Below, piece after piece: positions 27,801 through 39,511 of a stretch of 64,000 nt of DNA. Location: assembly GCA_943788985.1 (NCBI GenBank), contig CALSSJ010000010.1:289323-353322 (forward strand), read 5' to 3'. The stretch's first letter is position 1. Every line of letters starts with the position of its first letter. Source of the DNA: an uncultured Lentisphaerales bacterium. GTDB taxonomy: Bacteria; Verrucomicrobiota; Lentisphaeria; JABSQK01; UBA12247. The notes below the pieces were generated by a model that saw nothing but the letters and a program-made list of their open reading frames with translations, did not search any database and was not told where the DNA came from. A program made the position numbers and the translations under genes.

Positions 27801-30800
27801 GCTGACTCTGACCGGTGCAGACGACTGCCTGGTGCTGGGTGCGACCACGACTGCCGACGCCGACATCGATGATCAGGCGCAGGGCGTTTCGATCACGGCG
27901 AGCGACGACCATGGGGTGGAAGACAGCGACCATGCTGAATTTACGGTATCGCTGGATACTGGCGACGTAGCCGAACAGGCGTACGTGGTGAGCTACTCGA
28001 TTACTGGTTCTGCCAGCAATGGTACGGACTATGCGACCATCGCGGACACGGTGACGATTCCACAGGGTGCTTCTAGTGCGGCGATTACGATCACGGTGCT
28101 GGATGACGGTGTTGCTGATTGTAGCGAGACTGTGACGTTGACTCTGACTGGCGCAGACGACTGCCTGGTGCTGGGTGCGACCACGACTGCCGATGCCGAC
28201 ATCGATGATCAGGCGCAGGGCGTTTCGATCACGGCGAGCGACGACCATGGGGTGGAAGATAGCGATCACGCCGAATTTACGGTATCGCTGGATACTGGCG
28301 ACGTGGCCGAGCAGGCGTACGTGGTGAGCTACTCGATTACTGGCTCTGCCAGCAATGGCACGGACTACACCACGATCGCGGACACGGTGACGATTCCGCA
28401 GGGTGCTTCGAGTGCGTCGATTACGATCACGGTGCTGGATGACGGTGTGGCTGATTGTAGCGAGACCGTGACGCTTGACGCTGACTGGCGCAGACGACTG
28501 CCTGGTGCTGGGTGCGACCACGACTGCCGATGCTGACATCGATGATCAGGCGCAGGGCGTTTCGATCACGGCGAGCGACGACCATGGGGTGGAAGACAGC
28601 GACCATGCCGAGTTTACGGTATCGCTGGATACTGGCGACGTAGCCGAGCAGGCGTACGTGGTGAGCTACTCGATTACTGGTTCTGCCAGCAATGGCACGG
28701 ACTACACGACGATCGCGGACACGGTGACGATTCCGCAGGGTGCTTCTAGCGCGTCGATTACGATCACGGTGCTGGATGACGGTGTCGCTGATTGTAGCGA
28801 GACTGTGACGTTGACTCTGACTGGTGCCGACGACTGCCTGGTGCTGGGTGCGACCACGACTGCCGATGCTGACATCGATGATCAGGCGCAGGGCGTTTCG
28901 ATCACGGCGAGCGACGACCATGGGGTGGAAGACAGCGACCATGCCGAATTTACGGTATCGCTGGATACTGGCGACGTGGCCGAGCAGGCGTACGTGGTGA
29001 GCTACTCGATTACTGGTTCCGCCAGCAATGGCACGGACTACACGACGATCGCGGACACGGTGACGATTCCACAGGGTGCTTCGAGTGCTGCGATTACGAT
29101 CACGGTGCTGGATGACGGTGTTGCTGATTGTAGCGAGACTGTGACGCTGACTCTGACCGGTGCAGATGACTGCCTGGTGCTGGGTGCGACTACGACTGCC
29201 GACGCTGACATCGATGATCAGGCGCAGGGTGTTTCGATCACCGCGAGCGACGACCATGGTGTCGAAGATAGCGACCATGCTGAGTTTACCGTCTCGTTGG
29301 ATACTGGCGACGTGGCCGAACAGGCGTACGTGGTGAGCTACTCGATTACTGGTTCCGCCAGCAATGGCACGGACTACACGACGATCGCGGACACGGTGAC
29401 GATTCCACAGGGTGCTTCGAGTGCCTCGATTACGATCACGGTGTTGGATGACGGGGTTGCTGATTGTAGCGAGACTGTGACGTTGACCCTGACTGGCGCA
29501 GACGACTGCCTGGTGCTGGGTGCCAACACGACGGCCGATGCCGACATCGATGATCAGGCGCAGGGCGTTTCGATCACCGCGAGCGACGACCATGGGGTGG
29601 AAGACAGCGATCACGCCGAATTTACGGTATCGCTGGATACTGGCGACGTAGCCGAGCAGGCGTACGTGGTGAGCTACTCGATTACTGGTTCAGCCAGCAA
29701 TGGCACGGACTACACGACGATTGCGGACACGGTGACGATTCCGCAGGGTGCTTCTAGTGCGGCGATTACGATCACGGTGCTGGATGACGGTGTTGCTGAT
29801 TGTAGCGAGACCGTGACGCTGACTCTGACTGGCGCAGACGACTGCCTGGTGCTGGGTGCGACCACGACTGCCGATGCCGACATCGATGATCAGGCGCAGG
29901 GCGTTTCGATCACAGCAAGCGACGACCATGGTGTTGAAGACAGCGACCATGCTGAGTTTACGGTATCGCTGGATACTGGCGACGTAGCCGAGCAGGCCTA
30001 TGTGGTGAGCTACTCGATTACTGGTTCTGCCAGCAATGGCACGGACTACACGACGATCGCCGACACGGTGACGATTCCGCAGGGTGCCTCGAGTGCCACC
30101 ATTACGATTACGGTGCTGGATGACGGTGTTGCTGATTGTAGCGAGACCGTGACGCTGACTCTGACTGGTGCGGACGACTGCCTGGTGCTGGGTGCCAACA
30201 CGACTGCCGATGCAGACATCGATGATCAGGCGCAGGGTGTTTCGATCACCGCGAGCGACGACCATGGTGTCGAAGATAGCGACCATGCCGAATTTACGGT
30301 TTCGTTGGATACTGGCGACGTAGCCGAACAGGCGTACGTGGTGAGCTACTCGATTACTGGTTCTGCCAGCAATGGCACGGACTACACGACGATCGCCGAC
30401 ACGGTGACGATTCCGCAGGGTGCTTCGAGTGCCTCGATTACGATCACGGTGCTGGATGACGGTGTTGCTGATTGTAGCGAGACTGTGACGCTGACTCTGA
30501 CTGGCGCAGACGACTGCCTGGTGCTGGGTGCGACCACGACTGCCGACGCTGACATCGATGATCAGGCGCAGGGTGTTTCGATCACCGCGAGCGACGACCA
30601 TGGGGTGGAAGATAGCGACCATGCTGAGTTTACCGTCTCGCTGGATACTGGCGACGTGGCGGAGCAGGCGTACGTGGTGAGCTACTCGATTACTGGCTCT
30701 GCCAGCAATGGCACGGACTATGCGACCATCGCGGACACGGTGACGATTCCACAGGGTGCTTCTAGTGCGGCGATTACGATCACGGTGCTGGATGACGGTG

Positions 30801-33800
30801 TGGCTGATTGTAGCGAGACTGTGACGTTGACCCTGACTGGTGCAGACGACTGCCTGGTGCTGGGTGCGACCACGACTGCCGACGCTGATATCGATGATCA
30901 GGCGCAGGGCGTTTCGATCACGGCGAGCGACGACCATGGGGTGGAAGATAGCGACCACGCCGAATTTACGGTTTCGCTGGATACTGGCGACGTGGCCGAG
31001 CAGGCGTACGTGGTGAGCTACTCGATTACTGGTTCTGCCAGCAATGGTACGGACTATGCGACGATCGCGGACACGGTGACGATTCCGCAGGGTGCTTCGA
31101 GTGCGGCGATTACGATCACGGTGCTGGATGACGGTGTCGCTGATTGTAGCGAGACCGTGACGCTGACTCTGACTGGTGCGACGACTGCCTGGTGCTGGGT
31201 GCGACCACGACTGCCGATGCCGACATCGACGATCAGGCGCAGGGTGTTTCGATCACGGCGAGCGACGACCATGGTGTTGAAGACAGCGACCATGCTGAGT
31301 TTACGGTATCGCTGGATACTGGCGACGTGGCCGAGCAGGCGTACGTGGTGAGCTACTCGATTACTGGTTCTGCCAGCAATGGCACGGACTATGCGACCAT
31401 CGCGGACACGGTGACGATTCCACAGGGTGCTTCTAGTGCTTCGATTACGATCACGGTGCTGGATGACGGTGTTGCTGATTGTAGCGAGACTGTGACGCTG
31501 ACTCTCACCGGTGCAGACGACTGCCTGGTGCTGGGTGCGACCACGACTGCCGACGCTGACATCGACGATCAGGCGCAGGGCGTTTCGATCACGGCGAGCG
31601 ACGACCATGGGGTGGAAGATAGCGACCACGCCGAATTTACGGTTTCGCTGGATACTGGCGACGTAGCCGAACAGGCGTACGTGGTGAGCTACTCGATTAC
31701 TGGTTCGGCCAGCAATGGCACGGACTATGCGACCGATCGCGGACACGGTGACGATTCCACAGGGTGCTTCTAGTGCGTCGATTACGATCACCGTGCTGGA
31801 TGACGGTGTTGCTGATTGTAGCGAGACCGTGACGTTGACTCTGACCGGCGCAGACGACTGCCTGGTGCTGGGTGCGACCACGACTGCCGATGCCGACATC
31901 GATGATCAGGCGCAGGGCGTTTCGATCACGGCGAGCGACGACCATGGGGTGGAAGACAGCGACCATGCTGAGTTTACGGTTTCGCTGGATACTGGCGACG
32001 TAGCCGAGCAGGCGTACGTGGTGAGCTACTCGATTACTGGTTCAGCCAGCAATGGCACGGACTATGCGACCGATCGCGGACACGGTGACGATTCCGCAGG
32101 GTGCTTCGAGCGCTGCGATTACGATCACGGTGCTGGATGACGGTGTTGCTGATTGTAGCGAGACTGTGACGTTGACCCTGACTGGAGCGGACGACTGCCT
32201 GGTGCTGGGTGCGACCACGACTGCCGATGCCGACATCGATGATCAGGCGCAGGGCGTTTCGATCACGGCGAGCGACGACCATGGGGTTGAAGACAGCGAC
32301 CATGCCGAGTTTACGGTATCGCTGGATACTGGCGACGTAGCCGAGCAGGCGTACGTGGTGAGCTACTCGATTACTGGTTCTGCCAGCAATGGCACGGACT
32401 ACACGACGATCGCCGACACGGTGACGATTCCGCAGGGTGCTTCGAGTGCTCGATTACGATCACGGTGCTGGATGACGGTGTTGCTGATTGTAGCGAGACC
32501 GTGACGCTGACTCTGACTGGCGCAGACGACTGCCTGGTGCTGGGTGCGACCACGACTGCCGACGCCGACATCGATGATCAGGCGCAGGGCGTTTCGATCA
32601 CGGCGAGCGACGACCATGGGGTGGAAGACAGCGACCATGCCGAATTTACGGTATCGCTGGATACTGGCGACGTGGCCGAACAGGCGTACGTGGTGAGCTA
32701 CTCGATTACTGGTTCAGCCAGCAATGGCACGGACTACACGACGATCGCGGACACGGTGACGATTCCGCAGGGTGCTTCGAGTGCGGCGATTACGATCACG
32801 GTGCTGGATGACGGTGTCGCTGATTGTAGCGAGACCGTGACGCTGACTCTGACTGGCGCGGACGACTGCCTGGTGCTGGGTGCGACCACGACTGCCGATG
32901 CCGACATCGATGATCAGGCGCAGGGCGTTTCGATCACGGCGAGCGACGACCATGGGGTGGAAGACAGCGACCATGCCGAGTTTACGGTATCGCTGGATAC
33001 TGGCGACGTAGCCGAGCAGGCGTACGTGGTGAGCTACTCGATTACTGGTTCAGCCAGCAATGGCACGGACTACACGACGATCGCGGACACGGTGACGATT
33101 CCGCAGGGTGCTTCGAGTGCCTCGATTACGATCACGGTGCTGGATGACGGTGTTGCTGATTGTAGCGAGACCGTGACGTTGACTCTGACTGGTGCAGACG
33201 ACTGCCTGGTGCTGGGTGCGACCACGACTGCCGACGCTGACATCGATGATCAGGCGCAGGGCGTTTCGATCACGGCGAGCGACGACCATGGGGTGGAAGA
33301 CAGCGACCATGCTGAATTTACGGTTTCGCTGGATACTGGCGACGTGGCCGAACAGGCGTACGTGGTGAGCTACTCGATTACTGGTTCAGCCAGCAATGGC
33401 ACGGACTATGCGACCATCGCGGACACGGTGACCATTCCGCAGGGTGCTTCGAGTGCCTCGATTACGATCACGGTGCTGGATGACGGTGTTGCTGATTGTA
33501 GCGAGACCGTGACGCTGACTCTGACTGGTGCAGACGACTGCCTGGTGCTGGGTGCGACCACGACTGCCGATGCCGACATCGATGATCAGGCGCAGGGCGT
33601 TTCGATCACGGCGAGCGACGACCATGGGGTGGAAGACAGCGACCATGCCGAATTTACGGTATCGCTGGATACTGGCGACGTAGCCGAGCAGGCGTACGTG
33701 GTGAGCTACTCGATTACTGGTTCTGCCAGCAATGGCACGGACTACACGACGATTGCGGACACGGTGACGATTCCGCAGGGTGCTTCGAGCGCGGCGATTA

Positions 33801-36800
33801 CGATCACGGTGCTGGATGACGGTGTTGCTGATTGTAGCGAGACCGTGACGCTTGACTCTGACTGGCGCAGACGACTGCCTGGTGCTGGGTGCGACCACGA
33901 CTGCCGATGCCGACATCGATGATCAGGCGCAGGGCGTTTCGATCACGGCGAGCGACGACCATGGGGTGGAAGACAGCGACCATGCCGAATTTACGGTTTC
34001 GCTGGATACTGGCGACGTGGCCGAGCAGGCGTACGTGGTGAGCTACTCGATTACTGGTTCTGCCAGCAATGGCACGGACTACACGACGATCGCGGACACG
34101 GTGACGATTCCGCAGGGTGCTTCGAGTGCCACCATTACGATTACGGTGCTGGATGACGGTGTTGCTGATTGTAGCGAGACTGTGACGCTTGACTCTGACT
34201 GGTGCAGACGACTGCCTGGTGCTGGGTGCGACCACGACTGCCGACGCCGACATCGATGATCAGGCGCAGGGCGTTTCGATCACGGCGAGCGACGACCATG
34301 GGGTGGAAGACAGCGACCATGCCGAATTTACGGTTTCGCTGGATACTGGCGACGTAGCCGAGCAGGCGTACGTGGTGAGCTACTCGATTACTGGTTCTGC
34401 CAGCAATGGCACGGACTACACGACGATCGCGGACACGGTGACGATTCCGCAGGGTGCTTCGAGTGCGTCGATTACGATCACGGTGCTGGATGACGGTGTG
34501 GCTGATTGTAGCGAGACTGTGACGTTGACCCTGACTGGCGCAGACGACTGCCTGGTGCTGGGTGCGACCACGACTGCCGACGCTGACATCGATGATCAGG
34601 CGCAGGGCGTTTCGATCACGGCGAGCGACGACCATGGGGTGGAAGACAGCGACCATGCTGAGTTTACGGTTTCGCTGGATACTGGCGACGTGGCCGAGCA
34701 GGCGTACGTGGTGAGCTACTCGATTACTGGTTCTGCCAGCAATGGCACGGACTATGCGACCATCGCGGACACGGTGACGATTCCGCAGGGTGCTTCTAGT
34801 GCGTCGATTACGATCACGGTGCTGGATGACGGTGTGGCTGATTGTAGCGAGACTGTGACGTTGACTCTGACTGGCGCAGACGACTGCCTGGTGCTGGGTG
34901 CGACCACGACTGCCGATGCTGACATCGATGATCAGGCGCAGGGCGTTTCGATCACGGCGAGCGACGACCATGGGGTGGAAGATAGCGATCACGCCGAATT
35001 TACGGTATCGCTGGATACTGGCGACGTGGCCGAGCAGGCGTACGTGGTGAGCTACTCGATTACTGGTTCAGCCAGCAATGGCACGGACTACACGACGATC
35101 GCGGACACGGTGACGATTCCGCAGGGTGCTTCGAGTGCCTCGATTACGATCACGGTGCTGGATGACGGTGTTGCTGATTGTAGCGAGACTGTGACGTTGA
35201 CTCTGACCGGCGCAGACGACTGCCTGGTGCTGGGTGCGACCACGACTGCCGATGCTGACATCGATGATCAGGCGCAGGGCGTTTCGATCACGGCGAGCGA
35301 CGACCATGGGGTGGAAGACAGCGACCACGCCGAATTTACGGTTTCGCTGGATACTGGCGACGTGGCCGAACAGGCGTACGTGGTGAGCTACTCGATTACT
35401 GGTTCAGCCAGCAATGGCACGGACTATGCGACCATCGCGGACACGGTGACGATTCCACAGGGTGCTTCTAGTGCGTCGATTACGATCACGGTGCTGGATG
35501 ACGGTGTTGCTGATTGTAGCGAGACCGTGACGCTGACTCTGACTGGCGCAGACGACTGCCTGGTGCTGGGTGCGACCACGACTGCCGATGCCGACATCGA
35601 TGATCAGGCGCAGGGCGTTTCGATCACGGCGAGCGACGACCATGGGGTGGAAGACAGCGACCATGCCGAATTTACGGTTTCGCTGGATACTGGCGACGTA
35701 GCCGAACAGGCGTACGTGGTGAGCTACTCGATTACTGGTTCAGCCAGCAATGGCACGGACTACACGACCATCGCGGACACGGTGACGATTCCGCAGGGTG
35801 CTTCTAGTGCGTCGATTACGATCACGGTGCTGGATGACGGTGTTGCTGATTGTAGCGAGACTGTGACGCTTGACCCTGACTGGTGCGGACGACTGCCTGG
35901 TGCTGGGTGCGACCACGACTGCCGACGCTGACATCGACGATCAGGCGCAGGGCGTTTCGATCACGGCGAGCGACGACCATGGGGTGGAAGACAGCGACCA
36001 CGCCGAATTTACGGTTTCGCTGGATACTGGCGACGTGGCCGAACAGGCGTACGTGGTGAGCTACTCGATTACTGGTTCAGCCAGCAATGGCACGGACTAC
36101 ACGACGATCGCGGACACGGTGACGATTCCGCAGGGCGCTTCGAGTGCGTCGATTACGATCACGGTGCTGGATGACGGTGTGGCTGATTGTAGCGAGACCG
36201 TGACGCTGACACTGACTGGTGCCGACGACTGCCTGGTGCTGGGTGCGACTACGACTGCCGATGCCGACATCGACGATCAGGCGCAGGGCGTTTCGATCAC
36301 GGCGAGCGACGACCATGGGGTTGAAGACAGCGACCATGCCGAATTTACGGTATCGCTGGATACTGGCGACGTGGCCGAACAGGCGTACGTGGTGAGCTAC
36401 TCGATTACTGGCTCTGCCAGCAATGGTACGGACTACACCACGATTGCCGACACGGTGACGATTCCGCAGGGTGCTTCTAGTGCGTCGATTACGATCACGG
36501 TGCTGGATGACGGTGTGGCTGATTGTAGCGAGACCGTGACGCTTGACTCTGACCGGCGCAGACGACTGCCTGGTGCTGGGTGCGACCACGACTGCCGACG
36601 CTGACATCGATGATCAGGCGCAGGGCGTTTCGATCACCGCAAGCGACGACCATGGGGTGGAAGACAGCGACCATGCCGAGTTTACGGTTTCGCTGGATAC
36701 TGGCGACGTGGCCGAGCAGGCATACGTGGTGAGCTACTCGATTACTGGTTCAGCCAGCAATGGCACGGACTACACGACGATTGCTGACACGGTGACGATT

Positions 36801-39320
36801 CCACAGGGTGCTTCTAGTGCGTCGATTACGATCACGGTGCTGGATGACGGTGTCGCTGATTGTAGCGAGACTGTGACGTTGACTCTGACTGGTGCGGACG
36901 ACTGCCTGGTGCTGGGCGCGACCACGACTGCCGATGCCGACATCGACGATCAGGCGCAGGGCGTTTCGATCACGGCGAGCGACGACCATGGGGTGGAAGA
37001 CAGCGACCATGCTGAATTTACGGTTTCGCTGGATACTGGCGACGTAGCCGAGCAGGCGTACGTGGTGAGCTACTCGATTACTGGTTCTGCCAGCAATGGT
37101 ACGGACTATGCGACCATCGCGGACACGGTGACGATTCCGCAGGGTGCTTCGAGTGCGTCGATTACGATCACGGTGCTGGATGACGGTGTTGCTGATTGTA
37201 GCGAGACCGTGACCTTGACCCTGACTGGAGCGGACGACTGCCTGGTGCTGGGTGCGACCACGACTGCCGATGCGGACATTTACGACAAGACGCAGGGCGT
37301 TTCGATTACTGCGAGCGACGACACCGGGACCGAGGATGTCGATGATGCTGCGTTCACAGTCTGGTTGGATACAGGCGACGTAGCCGAGCAGGCGTACGTG
37401 GTGAGCTACACGATTAGCGGCACAGCTGACAACGGCACAGACTACACGACCTTATCGGGGACGGTTACAATCCCTGCTGGTGCAACCAGTGCCGGCATCG
37501 CAATCGCGGTTCTGGATGACGGCATCGCTGATTGTAGCGAGACCGTAACGCTAACTTTGACTGGTGCCGAGGATTGCTTGGTGATCGGTGGGGCAACCAC
37601 AGACAGCGCCGACATCCACGATCGAGCACAGGGCGTGTCCTTGGTGGTGACTGATTCGTTTGGCAAGGAAGGAACGCCGGTAAACGATGCCTCATTTGCT
37701 GTCGTTCTTGACAATGGGCAGGTTGCTGGATTCGACATCACGGTCAGCTACTCGATTTCTGGTAGTGCCGCCAACAGCAGCGACTATGCAACGTTATCCG
37801 GTGCAGTGACCATCACGGAGGGCAGCAGCAGTGCACAGATCTTGGTCGATGTGACCGACGACGTGCTTGTAGAGGCAACGGAGTCCGTGATTGCCACTCT
37901 GACTGGCGCCGACGATTGTGTGGCAGTGGGGGCCGTTACGACCGGAACCGCCGAGATCGAAGACAACGATACCTTCATCGATGTACGTGTGAACGAGGCA
38001 TACCGTGAGAATCACTGGGTACCGGTTCGGATTGATGTAAGCAGCGTACCGCTGCAGACGTTGGTCTTCTCGCTTACCTATCCTCGCAACGATCTGCGCT
38101 ACAACAACCGCATCGACCGCCTGGATGAGGGCACCGGAACCGCGACGATCGCAGGCCCAACGCCCGTGCCCGCACCGCGTGTTATCGCTGGCTCGGACTA
38201 CTTCGCGATCGAGGATAATGAGTCCGTACCAGGAATGACCAAGCTGTGGATTGCGGTGGATGCCGATCCGCAGGCTGCCAGCTCAGCCAATCCAACCAGC
38301 CCGCCTGAACAGGGCGAGGTAGCGATCACTGATACTCGCCTGGGCAGCGTTCTGGAGCTTGGTTTCCGGATCCGTGTAGGTGCTGAGGTCAAGACCGATT
38401 CGATCACCTTCGTCTTGGACGATGTGACTGCCTTTACCTCTGATGGTGCGGGGCTGCCTATTCCTGAGCGCATCAACGACCCGATCGATGTGAACACGGA
38501 ACTGAACCGTGGTGATTATGACGAGAACGGCATCGTCGAGCCATTGTCTGACGCTGTGGCATTCTACCGAGCTCTGCTCTGGGGCGATGTCAATGGGCTC
38601 GTGCCGATCTTGCCTGAGAATCAGCGCAATCCGTTCGATCACGAAGACGAGTCGATCCCCGAAGAAGACCGTGAGGACAATGACCTGCCACACCGCGCTC
38701 GCGATGGCGAGATCATTGCCTTGGTGCGGTCGATGATCGCTGAGACCGTTTTGGGCATCTCGATCGTCGACTTTGACGAGGATGGCGAGGTGACTGCTGG
38801 TCGTGACGGGCCGTATTATGTGCGTCGTCTCCGGGCGCTAAGTTATGGTCTGCCTGCTGCGTACACTGCGCCAAGCGGTCACACCGGTGCGGATATCGCA
38901 GCCATCAATACTAAGATTGATGGGTTGGTATCACACGCAGGTGTTGATTACGGCGAAGTCAATGACGTCACAGAGGCTGCTTTCGGCTATGTTTATCCTC
39001 GCGACACCTCACTGATTGCGGACGACCGGGCGATCATAATTCGTTTCAACGAGAGCATGCGTGCCAGCAACATGAATCTCGATCTGCATGACGAGACCAC
39101 GATCGGTGCTCTACTGACTGTGACTAACGGCTCGCTATTGGTGGAAGGCGTAGACTACGACGTCTCGCTTGATCGCGACGCCCGTGCCATTCGGATCGTA
39201 CCCACGGGCACTTGGGCGTCCGGCCCGTTGTCGGTTGATGTCGACCACACATTGATGTGGGATGTGGAAGAAATGCAGTCCAGCGGCGTGACGACTGTGA
39301 CGTTCACAGTCTTGCCCTGA
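21887..39320 (+). CDS. Giant Sec-exported Calx-beta repeat adhesin-like protein (about 5,800 aa): signal peptide, N-terminal Ig-like domains, 44 Calx-beta-type domains, then cohesin-like, dockerin-like and Big_5-like C-terminal modules; broken by apparent consensus errors
   Basis: AGGA RBS and ATG at 21887, signal peptide MNTIHSIRTLTWMILVGVLATLNGLA. Repeats carry Calx-beta motifs 'GSASNGTDY', 'VTIPxG', 'ITVLDDxxxxxxETVTLTL' and 'IDD'. ORF pieces from 21887-22918 through 36543-39320 join, and the TAA at 22916 is in frame with 22967. Confidence 0.88.
24509..37283 (+). repeat. 38 tandem near-identical 336-bp (112-aa) Calx-beta coding repeats
   Basis: gatcaggcgcaggg (DQAQG) recurs every 335-337 bp from about 24509 to about 36948 (38 copies counted). 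Four diverged domains lie upstream (from about 23095) and two downstream (about 37284 and 37620). Confidence 0.95.
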
Positions 39321-39327
39321 CCACAGT

Positions 39328-39363
39328 CGGGAGCGTGCTGGGACCAAGTCCCGGCCGCTCCTG
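39328..39363 (+). terminator. GC-rich hairpin directly after the Calx-beta gene (terminator-like or 3' stabiliser)
   Basis: GGAGCG-T-GCTGGGAC-CAA-GTCCCGGC-CGCTCC at 39330-39361, just after the TGA ending at 39320. No poly-U tail. Confidence 0.5.
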
Positions 39364-39511
39364 CTTGGGACAACAAGGGCTGGTGGAGATGACCGTGAAT
39401 TTCATGTCGTTGAAGGCAGAACCTCCGGCGAAAAATCGGTCTGGCAATTGAAAAATCAGGGCAGTCGTGCGTTTTGAGATAGGAGACTGTCGAACCACTT
39501 GCGCTTCTGAT

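Noticed and set aside
25780..36545. Recurrent frameshifts at identical positions in the Calx repeats, suggesting programmed frameshifting or phase variation
   Set aside because: They fall exactly on polymorphic sites and look like merges of two alleles: acg-c-ttg from ctg/ttg (7 times), gcgac-cg-atc from acc/acg (3 times), and single-base losses at gcN-tcg and gcN-gac. This is typical of consensus artefacts from mixed repeat reads.
24509..37283. Possible CRISPR array or DGR-like variable repeats
   Set aside because: The units are 336-bp coding repeats with no unique spacers, the variation is synonymous and not adenine-specific, and no cas or reverse transcriptase gene is in the window.
626..38693. 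Many long antisense and alternate-frame ORFs over the giant genes
   Set aside because: These are shadow ORFs caused by strong codon periodicity and high GC in repetitive genes. They carry no recognisable motifs.
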